Source: an uncultured Dialister sp. (GTDB taxonomy: Bacteria; Bacillota; Negativicutes; Veillonellales; Dialisteraceae). From it: a stretch of 48,577 bases of DNA. The stretch lies in the NCBI RefSeq assembly GCF_900541605.1, contig NZ_UQKJ01000001.1, positions 1 through 48,577 on the forward strand, read 5' to 3'. The position numbers were made by a program, and so were the translations under genes. The notes beneath the pieces are model-generated. The model made no database searches, was not told the DNA's origin, and worked only from the letters and a program-made list of their open reading frames with translations. Positions 1-9,625 of this stretch are shown here, piece by piece (position 1 is the first letter of the stretch; each line of letters opens with the position of its first letter).

Positions 1-134
1 ATCTGTGAAAGTCTGCTGTTTCATAAGGGAATACCGCCTTTCATGACACTTTTTACCTTTTATCTCTATTTTACAGGAAAGAGTGTTTTCTGACGATATT
101 TTCTTGATTAAATCAGCGTTTCCCTAAATCACCA

Positions 135-704
135 TCAATGTTCTGTAGATGCGTAGTATCCTGCCTGGTTCAGGGACTGACGGATCCGGGTCCCCAGAAT
201 GACGCCAAGCACCACTTTGATCAGGTCAAAAGCTACGAAGGGGAATACGGTCAGAGTCAGTGCTGTCCAGAGAGGCATATCCTTGCCCAGTCCGAAATGG
301 AAATATCCAATGAACCATACAAGTCCCAGGAAATAGCAGCAGATGAGGCCCAGTACGGCGGAAGATACCTGCCGTAAGAAATGGCCCTTTTCAGCAAGCC
401 GGAACCCGGACACCCAGGCCATCACCACAAAGCCCAGATAATAGCCGCCAACAGGAGAAAGGAAAATGCCTGCTCCTGCTTTGCCCATGGTGAGAATCGG
501 AACCCCCATGAGCCCCAAAAGGAGCCACAGTCCTATGGAAATGGCTCCCCATTTCCGCCCCAGCACACCGCCGGCCAGGGCACAAACGAAACTCTGCAGA
601 GTAATCGGCACCGGTCCAATGGGGAACGTGAACTGGGATAAAATCGCCATAATTCCCGCAAATATGGCGGCACTGATCATGTTATGCATTTTTTCTTTTT
701 CCAT
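135..704 (-). CDS. bioY: Biotin ECF transporter S component BioY
   Basis: Hydrophobic 189 aa protein with PVPITLQ and GGYYLGF motifs; directly downstream of birA. Confidence 0.93.
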   Translation of the reverse strand: MEKEKMHNMISAAIFAGIMAILSQFTFPIGPVPITLQSFVCALAGGVLGRKWGAISIGLWLLLGLMGVPILTMGKAGAGIFLSPVGGYYLGFVVMAWVSGFRLAEKGHFLRQVSSAVLGLICCYFLGLVWFIGYFHFGLGKDMPLWTALTLTVFPFVAFDLIKVVLGVILGTRIRQSLNQAGYYASTEH

Positions 705-862
705 AGGAATCCTCTTCTCCTTTTTCGGCTGACCGTCCGTGACTCAGACATGAAGAGTGAAATGCCCGGAACGGCTGCTGCTCACAATGTTCCCGGACTC
801 TGAAAACCGGGACCTCCTTCTATCCGGCACCTGCCAGGTGCCACAATCTCACCACTGCACCA

Positions 863-1852
863 TCAGCGCTTTGGTATCGGTGCATCAACGGGGCGAATCG
901 ATACATCTCCTGCCAGTACACGGGTTACTGCTTTACCCGTATCCACCAGAAGGCATCCATCCTTATCAATGCCAATAGCCTTGCCCGTATAGCTGTCATC
1001 ACCGAAAATAACACGTACATCCTGACCGATGGTGACGGAGAGGGATTTCCAGTCTTCCAGAACCTTATCGAACCCCTCTTCCTGGGCCACTTTATATTCC
1101 TTTTCCAGTTCCCACAGAACCGCAGCCAGCAGGTCTTTCCGGGATACATCGATACCTTCATTCAGGAAAGAAGTCGCCGTTTCCCGTGCTTCTTCGGGGA
1201 AATCATTTTTCTTCATACCCGTATTGATACCAATGCCGATAATAATATAGTCAATCTTTTCCATGGAAGCAGACATTTCTGTAAGAATGCCCACCATTTT
1301 CTTTCCATGGTAGAGAATATCATTGGGCCACTTGATACCGGCATCCTTAAGTCCCATGCGGCGGATGCCCCGGCATACGCCGATGGCTGCCAGCAGTGTA
1401 CATTTCGCTGCTTCCATGGGGAAGAACTTCGGACGAAGGATCAGGGAGAACCAGATACCCTTGGCAAAGGGACAGTTGAACTTCCTCGTCAGCCGGCCAT
1501 GGCCATTTGTCTGTTCCTCGGCAATGACAATGGTCCCTTCTTCCGCCCCTTTTCTGGCGATTTCTTTGGCCTCATCGTTGGTGGAGGAAGTCGTTTCCAG
1601 ATATACCACATGGCGGCCAAAGGTCTCCGTATGGAGGGCGCTTTCAATTTCCAAAGGGGTCAAAAGATTGGGCGCATAAATGAGCCGGTACCCTTTCCGG
1701 GTACTGGATTCAAAAATATAGCCCCGCTCTTTCAATACGTTAATATGTTTCCAGATAGCCGTCCGGGAAACATGGAGGTCTTTGGAAATCTGCTGTCCGG
1801 AAACAAATTGTCCATTGGCCTTTCTGAAATACTCCAGAATCTCGTTCCTCAT
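863..1852 (-). CDS. birA: Bifunctional biotin-protein ligase / biotin repressor
   Basis: N-terminal HTH (SRTAIWKHI), GHGRLTR and KWPND motifs; ATG at 1852 follows AGGAGG (ORF-track start extends further upstream). Confidence 0.95.
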   Translation of the reverse strand: MRNEILEYFRKANGQFVSGQQISKDLHVSRTAIWKHINVLKERGYIFESSTRKGYRLIYAPNLLTPLEIESALHTETFGRHVVYLETTSSTNDEAKEIARKGAEEGTIVIAEEQTNGHGRLTRKFNCPFAKGIWFSLILRPKFFPMEAAKCTLLAAIGVCRGIRRMGLKDAGIKWPNDILYHGKKMVGILTEMSASMEKIDYIIIGIGINTGMKKNDFPEEARETATSFLNEGIDVSRKDLLAAVLWELEKEYKVAQEEGFDKVLEDWKSLSVTIGQDVRVIFGDDSYTGKAIGIDKDGCLLVDTGKAVTRVLAGDVSIRPVDAPIPKR

Positions 1853-1930
1853 AAAACGCCTCCTATTAGAATGGATGATGTCCAAAAGGCATGGAGAAAT
1901 TTCTTTTCTCTGCCTGTACTATTTTCTCTA

Positions 1931-1983
1931 ATTATAGTCAGTTGTAAACCATTAGTCAACCTGATTTATCATATGTATTGACA
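1931..1983 (-). promoter_or_regulatory. Sigma-A promoter of birA-bioY overlapped by a probable BirA operator
   Basis: Minus strand TTGACT(1959-1954)-17 bp-TATAAT(1936-1931); imperfect palindrome AGTCAAC-N16-ATTGACA at 1954-1983. Confidence 0.7.
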
Positions 1984-2107
1984 TTATTTTTAAGGAGAAT
2001 AATCCTCACAGGAAGGATGGCGGCAGCGCAGAATACCAGGAAGTGCCGCCTTTGGGTGCCGGGCCGAAGATGGGATTCTGATGACTCTGTTCCTCCCAAC
2101 GTGCAAT

Positions 2108-2206
2108 TGACTCTGCAGAAAGCTCCCTTTTCTAAAGGGAGCTTTCTGCAGAGTCAGACTTCATAAGGATTTTTATGCACTGCTTCGTCATAACTCTCCT
2201 TAAATA
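2108..2206. repeat. Perfect 23-bp hairpin fused to an inverted internal fragment of repeat family A
   Basis: TGACTCTGCAGAAAGCTCCCTTT-tct-AAAGGGAGCTTTCTGCAGAGTCA; 2148-2206 is near-identical to the reverse complement of about 29994-30052. Confidence 0.8.
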
Positions 2207-2359
2207 TCCCGCCACACGACAACAGCTGCGAAGCGGCTCATTCCCGGTAAGCTGTAAGCGGATAGCTGTAATCCCTTTCCCATTGGAGCTTGATATCATT
2301 TGCTCAAAAGGCCTGCCCAACGCAAGGCTCCCTATGTTCACATATTCTTCAGCCTCATC

Positions 2360-2393
2360 AAAAATCCCCGGAGATGGTTTCCATCTCCGGGGA
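2360..2393 (-). terminator. Intrinsic terminator of hslVU
   Basis: 13-bp stem TCCCCGGAGATGG/CCATCTCCGGGGA followed by a T-run on the minus strand, just after the hslU stop. Confidence 0.8.
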
Positions 2394-2400
2394 CTGCCTG

Positions 2401-3756
2401 TCACAGGATATAGTTTGAAATATCAATATTTTCCGTAATCTGGCCCAGCTTTTCCTTGACATAGGTACTGTCAATGGTGACATCCTTATTTTCAAGGTCC
2501 GGTGCTTCAAAGGACAGATCCTCCAGCACCCGTTCCAGAATGGTATAGAGCCGGCGGGCTCCGATATCTTCCGTCTCCGAATTGACCCGGGATGCGATTT
2601 CTGCAATCGTATCCAGCGCATCTTCCCGGAAAGTCACCTTGACTCCTTCCGTTTCCAGAAGTGCCGTGTACTGACGGATCAGTGCCTGCCTCGGTTCTGT
2701 CAGAATCCGGCGCAGGTCCTCCTTCGTAAGGCTCGAAAGTTCCACGCGGATAGGGAAACGGCCCTGCAGTTCCGGAATAAGATCACTGGGTTTGGAAACA
2801 TGGAATGCTCCGGCAGCCATGAAAAGAATGTGGTCTGTCTTCACCTGGCCATACTTTGTCTTCACCGTGGCCCCTTCCACAATGGGAAGGATATCCCGCT
2901 GCACTCCCTCCCGGGATACATCGGGGCCGCCGGAAGAACCGTGGCGGCCAGCGATTTTATCGATTTCATCAATGAAAATGATGCCCCGTTCCTCGGCGTA
3001 ATGGATGGCCCGATCCTTCACTACTTCCATGTCCACCATTTCGTCTGCCGCCTCTTCGGCCAGAATCTTCTTTGCATCACGGACGGTCACTTTTTTCTTT
3101 TTCATCTTTTTCGGCATCATGCTGGTGATCATGATGGAAATCTGGTTGGCCTGTTCATTATCAGACTGGGGAGCGCTGCCTCGGTCCTCCACTTCGATTT
3201 CAATCTGCCGGTCATCGAGCTCTCCGCTCCGGATCCTTTCCAGCAGGTCCTTCCGCCGTTCCTTTTCTCCCTCATTCTGGGGGGCTTCCTGTTTCTTCTC
3301 ACCGAAAATGATATCCATGGGGCTCCGGGTTTCCGGCTTCTTCGATGGCCACATGGCTTCTCCGATGCGGCGCACTGCCTCTTCCTCCGCATCCCGGCCA
3401 TGGCGGGATGATTCTTCCTTTTTCACCAGCCGTACCGCTTCTTCCACCAGATCCCGCACCATGGACTCCACATCCCGGCCTACATACCCTACTTCTGTGT
3501 ACTTGGTCGCTTCTACCTTCACGAAGGGAGCATGGGTAAGAGACGCAATACGTCGGGCAATTTCTGTCTTGCCTACGCCCGTAGGACCGATAAGGAGAAT
3601 ATTTTTCGGGCTGATTTCTTTTGCAATTTCCGGGGCAAGACGACTCGCCCGCCAGCGGTTCCGAAGGGCTACAGCCACAGAACGTTTCGCTTCTTTCTGG
3701 CCTACGATATACTGGTCCAGATACTCTACAATTTTACGAGGTGTCAGTTCTTCCAT
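2401..3756 (-). CDS. hslU: ATP-dependent protease ATPase subunit HslU (ClpY)
   Basis: GPTGVGKT Walker A, IFIDEIDK Walker B, GYVG pore loop, GVQRDILP. Confidence 0.97.
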   Translation of the reverse strand: MEELTPRKIVEYLDQYIVGQKEAKRSVAVALRNRWRASRLAPEIAKEISPKNILLIGPTGVGKTEIARRIASLTHAPFVKVEATKYTEVGYVGRDVESMVRDLVEEAVRLVKKEESSRHGRDAEEEAVRRIGEAMWPSKKPETRSPMDIIFGEKKQEAPQNEGEKERRKDLLERIRSGELDDRQIEIEVEDRGSAPQSDNEQANQISIMITSMMPKKMKKKKVTVRDAKKILAEEAADEMVDMEVVKDRAIHYAEERGIIFIDEIDKIAGRHGSSGGPDVSREGVQRDILPIVEGATVKTKYGQVKTDHILFMAAGAFHVSKPSDLIPELQGRFPIRVELSSLTKEDLRRILTEPRQALIRQYTALLETEGVKVTFREDALDTIAEIASRVNSETEDIGARRLYTILERVLEDLSFEAPDLENKDVTIDSTYVKEKLGQITENIDISNYIL

Positions 3757-4286
3757 CAGATTTCCTCCACTATTACATTATGGTTCGTATAAACGCAGAT
3801 GTCCGCTGCAATATGGAGCGATTTTTCTGCAATTTCCCGGGCGGAGAGATTCGTGGACTGGGCAAGAGCACGGGCGGCTGCCAGAGCATAGTTGCCGCCG
3901 CTTCCAATGGCCAGGATGCCATCATCAGGTTCTATGACTTCCCCGCTGCCGGATACAAGGAAAAGATGCTCCCCATCGGTAAGAATGAGCAGGGCCTCCA
4001 GCTTCTGCAGCACCCGGTCACTGCGCCAGTCCTTGGCAAATTCCACCGCTGCCCGGACAAGGTTGCCATTGCAGTCACGGAGTTTGGATTCAAATTTATC
4101 AAAAAGAGAAAAGGCATCGGCCACGGAACCTGCAAACCCTGCAATGATTTTCCCGTGGTAAAGCCTGCGTACCTTGCGGGCTGTATTCTTCATGATCACC
4201 GCATTGCCCATGGTTACCTGCCCATCGCCGGCCATGGCCGTATGGCCGTCTTTCTTGACCGCCAGTATCGTTGTTGCTGTAAACAT
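3756..4286 (-). CDS. hslV: ATP-dependent protease peptidase subunit HslV (ClpQ)
   Basis: ATTILAV...[14 protein letters not shown] and DICVYTN motifs; ATG 4286 after AGGAGG; TGATG overlap with hslU. Confidence 0.96.
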   Translation of the reverse strand: MFTATTILAVKKDGHTAMAGDGQVTMGNAVIMKNTARKVRRLYHGKIIAGFAGSVADAFSLFDKFESKLRDCNGNLVRAAVEFAKDWRSDRVLQKLEALLILTDGEHLFLVSGSGEVIEPDDGILAIGSGGNYALAAARALAQSTNLSAREIAEKSLHIAADICVYTNHNVIVEEI

Positions 4287-4652
4287 AGTACCTCCTGTCA
4301 TATAACCACAAAGTTTCTATAGGTCACTGCCAAAGGGCAGCATAATTGTCATACCTCTATCTATTATACGTTAGGTCGGTAGAAAATGACAGAAGGGAAG
4401 ACGGCCGGGGCCGGGCGCCTTCCGGCAGAAAGACATGCTAACAGATAGAACTTAGAGCCTCTAGCCTTGAACACTGATAGGAATAGACTCTCCGGGCAAA
4501 TGAGATTAAGCGGGATAAGCTTACAGCTTACCGGGGATTCACCGGATATCGTATAGTTGGCTTTCAGGAGAACTGGCGGCCCTCCCATCTTGCAATCCCC
4601 TCCCCTGTCGAGTAAGATAGATAGGATAAATCATAAGAAGGATGGGACCATT

Positions 4653-5120
4653 ATGGCAGACGAAGTTATCCAGATTACAGACCCGGAAAAGATCCGGCAG
4701 CATATACGGGATATTTACAGCAAGAACCATTTCATGGCTGATTATTTCCATATCCACATTGATGAAATCCACTGCGGCAGCGTGACGGTAAGCCTGAAAA
4801 CAGACCCCGCCAAACACAATAACCACACCGGCCGCCTCCATGGCGGTGTCCTGGTAGCCCTGGCGGACTCCGTAACCGGCGTTACCAGTGCCTCCGTAGG
4901 TGCGTCGGTGGTCACTGTATCCATGACCATGAATTTCATCCGCAATGCGAAGTCCGGAGAAACAATTCGTGTCACCAGCCATATCACCCACCGGGGGCGG
5001 AAGACCATCGTTATCGAAGCCAATATGTACGATGAAGAAAACCATCTCATGGCCAATATCCTGGCTACCATGATGATAATGAAGCCTTTCCCGGAAATCC
5101 CGGAACATTGGGAAGGGTGA
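4653..5120 (+). CDS. PaaI-family hotdog-fold thioesterase
   Basis: HNNHTGRLHGGVLVALADS motif; likely start MADEV at 4653. Confidence 0.85.
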   Translation: MADEVIQITDPEKIRQHIRDIYSKNHFMADYFHIHIDEIHCGSVTVSLKTDPAKHNNHTGRLHGGVLVALADSVTGVTSASVGASVVTVSMTMNFIRNAKSGETIRVTSHITHRGRKTIVIEANMYDEENHLMANILATMMIMKPFPEIPEHWEG

Positions 5121-5224
5121 GAATGGTGTGAAGAGAATTGAGGCCAGACGGCTTCATAAGGCGGAGCTTCCATATATTATATTGTCGTCCATTTCATTCT
5201 TTCGCACGACACTCATCCACGAAT

Positions 5225-5265
5225 AAAAAACACCTGAAACGGTTAACCCGTTCCGGGTGTTTTTT
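5225..5265. terminator. Bidirectional terminator between convergent thioesterase and metY-family genes
   Basis: AAAAAACACCTGAAACGG...CCGTTCCGGGTGTTTTTT. Confidence 0.75.
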
Positions 5266-5312
5266 ATTTGTGGTGCCATCCCCGTGAGGAGTACAGCCCT
5301 TATGAAGGATCA

Positions 5313-6599
5313 TCAGATCTTAGCCAGCGCCTGTTCTACGTCTTCCAGAAGGTCGTCAATATTTTCAATACCTACGGAGATACGGACGGTGCCTGGGGTA
5401 ATGCCGGCAGCTCTCTGGGCCGCTTCATCCAGCTGCTGGTGGGTGGTAGATGCCGGATGGACAACCAGGGACTTGGAATCCCCTACGTTGGCCAGGTCCG
5501 AGAAAATGTCCAGGCTGTCGATGAACTTACGGGCTGCCTGGAAGCCGTCTTTCAGTTCAATGGAGAAAATAGAGCCGGCCCCTTTAGGCAGGTATTTCTG
5601 CTGGAGTTTGTGGTACGGCGAAGATTCGAGGCCCGGGTAATTGACCTTGGCTACTTTCGGGTGCTGTTCCAGGAATTCTGCCAGTTTCTGGGCATTGGAT
5701 ACATGCCGTTCTACGCGGAGAGAAAGGGTTTCCAGACCCTGGATAAAGAACCATGCGGAAATCGGGGAAATAGCGGCGCCCGTATCCCGGAGAACTTTGG
5801 CACGAATACGGGTGACAAAGCCGGCACCCGGTACATCTTTGGCAAAATTGATACCATGGTAGGAAGCATCTGGATTGGCAAAATGGGGATACCGCTTTGG
5901 CTGGTTCCAGTCGAACTGTCCATTTTCAATAATAGCGCCGCCCAGAGTCGTCCCATGGCCGCCGATGAATTTCGTAGTGGAATGAATGACAACATCCAGT
6001 CCGTGTTCCAATGGGCGGAAGAGGTAGGGGGTCGCGAACGTATTATCAATAAGTACCGGCAGGTGATGGGCGTGGGCAATGTCGCGGATGGTATCGAAGT
6101 CCGGAATATTGATGGCCGGGTTGCCCAGGGTTTCGATATAAACGGCCTTTGTCTTTTCGGTAATGGCCGCTTCGATTTCTTCCGGATGGTCCGGGTTTAC
6201 GAAGCGGGTATGGATACCGAGCTGTGGCAGGGTGTCGGTGAAGAGTTCATAGGTGCCGCCGTAAAGAGTGGAAGTGGAAACAATTTCATCGCCGGCGCCG
6301 GCAATGTTCAGGATAGAATAGGTCACTGCCGCCGCACCGCTGGCTACAGCAAGACCTGCAGTGCCTCCTTCCAGAGCAGCCAGCCGCTTTTCCAGGACAT
6401 CCTGGGTAGGATTTGTGAGGCGGCCGTAGATGAATCCCGGTTTCCGAAGAGCAAAGAGATCTTCCCCCTCCTGGGCATCATGGAATACGTAGGATGTGGT
6501 CTGGTAAATCGGAACAGCCCTGGCTCCTGTGGTGGGATCCGGTACCTGTCCTGCATGCTGCTGAAGTGTTTCAAAACGATATTTCTTTGTGTCTGCCAT
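5313..6599 (-). CDS. metY: O-acetylhomoserine/O-acetylserine sulfhydrylase (MetY/MET17 family, PLP)
   Basis: [34 protein letters not shown] (PLP lysine) and HPASTTH motifs. Confidence 0.9.
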   Translation of the reverse strand: MADTKKYRFETLQQHAGQVPDPTTGARAVPIYQTTSYVFHDAQEGEDLFALRKPGFIYGRLTNPTQDVLEKRLAALEGGTAGLAVASGAAAVTYSILNIAGAGDEIVSTSTLYGGTYELFTDTLPQLGIHTRFVNPDHPEEIEAAITEKTKAVYIETLGNPAINIPDFDTIRDIAHAHHLPVLIDNTFATPYLFRPLEHGLDVVIHSTTKFIGGHGTTLGGAIIENGQFDWNQPKRYPHFANPDASYHGINFAKDVPGAGFVTRIRAKVLRDTGAAISPISAWFFIQGLETLSLRVERHVSNAQKLAEFLEQHPKVAKVNYPGLESSPYHKLQQKYLPKGAGSIFSIELKDGFQAARKFIDSLDIFSDLANVGDSKSLVVHPASTTHQQLDEAAQRAAGITPGTVRISVGIENIDDLLEDVEQALAKI

Positions 6600-6631
6600 A
6601 ATTGATTCCTCCCATGGTTATAAATTGAATA

Positions 6632-6700
6632 TTATCTGTTTTCTGCCTGTTTTTCACTGTTTGAACCAATCATGGCCCGACATCGGAAACCCACTGTCAT
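6632..6700 (-). CDS. Putative 22-aa small protein MTVGFRCRAMIGSNSEKQAENR
   Basis: Strong SD AGAGGAGGAG upstream of ATG 6700; lies between the T-box and metY. Confidence 0.3.
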   Translation of the reverse strand: MTVGFRCRAMIGSNSEKQAENR

Positions 6701-6814
6701 ATCCTGCTCCTCCTCTTTCTTAAGGTCATTATCGCCAGGCCAGGGCCAGGCTGTTTCAAGGCATGTTTCTATGCCCCTGCGCTGTAACGGGCGTCTCCCG
6801 GATATCACACACTT

Positions 6815-6922
6815 TTATTTTCCGTAAAACTGATGGAATGCCGGAGAAGAAACTCCGATAAAGAGAAGGCAGCTGTAAAGGCCCCATCTTACGGTATCCA
6901 TCATTTCTGCCAGTTTCTTCAT
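6815..6922 (-). CDS. Putative 35-aa small membrane protein MKKLAEMMDTVRWGLYSCLLFIGVSSPAFHQFYGK
   Basis: GGGAGG SD 10 nt upstream; starts just after the T-box terminator; hydrophobic core. Confidence 0.4.
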   Translation of the reverse strand: MKKLAEMMDTVRWGLYSCLLFIGVSSPAFHQFYGK

Positions 6923-6941
6923 CCTGTTTCATCCTCCCGGA

Positions 6942-7200
6942 AAATAAAAAAACTCCCATCCTTTACCAGGACGAGAGACTCGTGTTTCCACCTAATATTC
7001 ATGCTCCTGTCACCAGAAGCACCTTATGGGGTACTTGATTACCGTATACCCTGACTCTGTATCGGGAGTTCCCGGGAAAGCCTACTCTTTTTCGGCCTTC
7101 CAAACTCAGAAATGCACTTCAGCGCCCTATCCATATCCGCTTTCACTATCCGGACTCGCTAGGCTGTTTTCAGGAACCTACTCTTTTCTTCCTTGTTTGA
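6942..7200 (-). ncRNA. T-box riboswitch leader, probably Cys-specific
   Basis: Stem I elements AGTAG, AGCGAG and AGTGAAA; specifier GAA-G-TGC (7120-7114); T-box AGGTGGAAACACGAG (6993-6979); terminator CTCGTCCT/AGGATGGGAG plus T7. Confidence 0.85.
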
Positions 7201-7210
7201 AGTTGTGTTA

Positions 7211-7239
7211 AATGTATCATGGGATGGGAAAATTGTCAA
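7211..7239 (-). promoter_or_regulatory. Promoter of the T-box leader
   Basis: TTGACA-17 bp-TACATT with extended -10 TG. Confidence 0.7.
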
Positions 7240-7369
7240 GTGGTAAATAGTGAAGAGTGAGAAGCAAATGTAACCGAACACAAACAGGGAAGCCTCCAAT
7301 CTGATACAGAACCGCGGCCCTGCCGCACTTCCCCTTTGACCGGAAGCCATTCCCCCTGAGCTGCCCTAG

Positions 7370-7528
7370 GGAAGCACTGATTAAATCGTTGTTCGATTAT
7401 ACTCTTGTATTTTCATGCAATACAAGGAATAATCCGACCCGATTAGCGAGCTATTTAAGAAGGATTATGACGCAGTATTGCATGAAAATACATGTATAAT
7501 CGGACTCTGCGAATTAATCAGCGCTTCC
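7370..7528. mobile_element. MITE-like element family A, full 159-bp copy
   Basis: TIRs GGAAGCACTGATTAA / TTAATCAGCGCTTCC; flanked by a CTAG direct repeat (7366-7369 and 7529-7532). Confidence 0.85.
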
Positions 7529-7537
7529 CTAGCCCCT

Positions 7538-8152
7538 TTATTCTCCATCCGCCTCCCGCACGGCGCGGATAAAGGCAGCGATTTTCTCCGGATCCTTACC
7601 CTTCCGGTCCTCATATTCCACACCGGAAGATACATCCACCATATCCGGATGGACAATAGCAATGGCTTCCCCCACATTGACCGGAGTAAGGCCGCCAGCT
7701 AGAATCCATTTCTTACCTCCCCTTGGAATCCCAGCCAGCCGATTCCAGTCGAACGATTTCCCACTGCCCGGCTGGGCCGCATCAAAAAGCCAGGCCCTGA
7801 CAGGGGCATTGTCTTCTATTGTCGGCATGCCTTCCTTCATATTCACCGCCCGGATGATGGGGATATGAATGGTCCGGATCATGCGGGAATCCAGGGCTCC
7901 ATGGATCTGGATACAGTCAAACCCGGCTTTCTCAATTGCTAAAGCCTGCTCCAGGGAAGGAGATACGGTGACCGCCGTCTTTTGGATTTCCTTCGGCGCC
8001 GCCTCCATAATCTCCATGGCCCGGCCCAGGGAAATATTCCGCCTGCTCTTTGGACAGAACAGGACCATCCCCATAAAATCTACCTCTTCCGGTGGAAGGT
8101 ATTCTGTTTCTTCCGGTGTAGTGATACCGCAAATCTTGATTTTCGTTTTCAT
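7538..8152 (-). CDS. trpF: Phosphoribosylanthranilate isomerase
   Basis: KIKICGIT, SRRNIS, QIHG, PGSGKSFDW, LAGGL and VDVSSGVE motifs; likely start 8152. Confidence 0.92.
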   Translation of the reverse strand: MKTKIKICGITTPEETEYLPPEEVDFMGMVLFCPKSRRNISLGRAMEIMEAAPKEIQKTAVTVSPSLEQALAIEKAGFDCIQIHGALDSRMIRTIHIPIIRAVNMKEGMPTIEDNAPVRAWLFDAAQPGSGKSFDWNRLAGIPRGGKKWILAGGLTPVNVGEAIAIVHPDMVDVSSGVEYEDRKGKDPEKIAAFIRAVREADGE

Positions 8153-8336
8153 AGATACAGTCCTGTCTGATAAGAAAAAAGCAAAGAGAAAAGAGGATTG
8201 CAAAAGAAGCACGCAGCGGCCCAAAAATCAGGAATAGCTGTGGCGGAGTACAATTCATGGAGCACCGCAGACTTGCCAAAGGCCCCGTCTGCAGGAAGCT
8301 CATCCATATATCCCCCACCCGTTCATCCAGCCGTAA

Positions 8337-9173
8337 TCAATCCTGCGCCACCCCGGTGACGATGTCAATCTTCATGGCCTCCAGGGACATACCGGTGGTA
8401 TATTCGATTTCCTTCTGTACATGGTCCCGCATAGTGTGGATGGTCCTTTTGATTTCCTGGGGCGTGCCGCTGCGGACAGTCACATCCAGCCGAAGAATCA
8501 ATCCGTTCACCTGGCTTTCACTCTTCTTGCTCTTTACATGGCGAATCCGGATTTTTTTCAGGTTCCGCACGGAATACCGTACAAGATCTTCAATGACCTG
8601 GTCGGAAAATGTAAGCTTTCCATAATAGCTGAACACCGGCCGCACTACGGAGCGCTCATTCCATTCACTGAACCGCTTCGGCTCTTTTTTCCGGTTTCGA
8701 AGAAAACGGAGAGGATCCACCATATACCCTTTGAAATAGGGCTTCAGCTCCATGGTAGGCACAGGGATGACATGCTTCCCTTCCTTATGCCGGGCCTCGC
8801 TGGCCTTCAGCATGTCTTCCGGCTTTGCCACATCTTCGATACGGATATATTTGGAAGGCATAGGAAGATCCAGTGCCTTTGCAATGGTCACCACCATACG
8901 GTCTGAGGTACCAAGGATAAGGACCCGCTTCGGATTGATTTTCTTCAAAGCCTGCCGCACTTCATCCCGCTGCTCTTTATCCCAGAAAATGGCCCGCCAC
9001 ACCGCCTTGAGGCGGCTTGCTTCCCGTTTGGCTGATTTCCCCGCCACAATACGGCTGTGGTAAATCAGGATGCCATCATCAATGATACAGGATGCCTTGT
9101 TTTCATAGGCAATCACCAGGGCCCGGTCACTTTTCCCCGTCCCCGGAGGGCCATAAAATCCAATGGTTTCCAT
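8337..9173 (-). CDS. P-loop NTPase-like domain fused to a C-terminal Asp23/Gls24-like domain
   Basis: N-terminal GPPGTGKS; C-terminal GKLTFSDQVI...VQKEIEYTTGMSLEAMKIDI resembles Asp23. Confidence 0.75.
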   Translation of the reverse strand: METIGFYGPPGTGKSDRALVIAYENKASCIIDDGILIYHSRIVAGKSAKREASRLKAVWRAIFWDKEQRDEVRQALKKINPKRVLILGTSDRMVVTIAKALDLPMPSKYIRIEDVAKPEDMLKASEARHKEGKHVIPVPTMELKPYFKGYMVDPLRFLRNRKKEPKRFSEWNERSVVRPVFSYYGKLTFSDQVIEDLVRYSVRNLKKIRIRHVKSKKSESQVNGLILRLDVTVRSGTPQEIKRTIHTMRDHVQKEIEYTTGMSLEAMKIDIVTGVAQD

Positions 9174-9625
9174 AGCCATGTCTCCTTTCATCTGTTTATT
9201 CTATTCATTATATCATGGCGTGGCAGGCAGGTGGACAGCCTGCGGCGCTTGAGAGGCCAATTTTATGCGAAGGGCTTAGAGCTTTGAACCTTTTCTCCAA
9301 GGAATGGAGCCAGGCAGGTCCTGCAGGCCCAATGGCCGATCCCCCATCCGGTGATTGGAGCTTCTACCATCAGACGTCGTCAGACGACCAGGCTGCTATT
9401 GCAGGACATATCCGGCCACTTCGCGTCGTATGACTATAAAAAAAGACGGCGCAACATCATTTGTGCGCCGCATCATTATAAATAAGTTAATGGAAAGGTA
9501 CTATTCTTCGAGCAAGGTAACCCAAAGCAGTATCTAAAACCGAAAGTGCTGCCGCCGTGACTCCTGACGGCAGCTTTACCGTAAGTCAGAGCCTTAACCA
9601 GAGAAAAGGTCACAGCCTATTCTTA

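Noticed and set aside
2132..2438. Small ORFs sharing the peptide YLRRVMTKQ.IKILMKSDSA (also 29814-30059)
   Set aside because: The shared peptide is just translation of repeat family A, not evidence of a protein family
4320..4640. Possible ncRNA between hslV and the thioesterase
   Set aside because: No recognisable RNA family motif; the content is explained by divergent promoters and repeat relics
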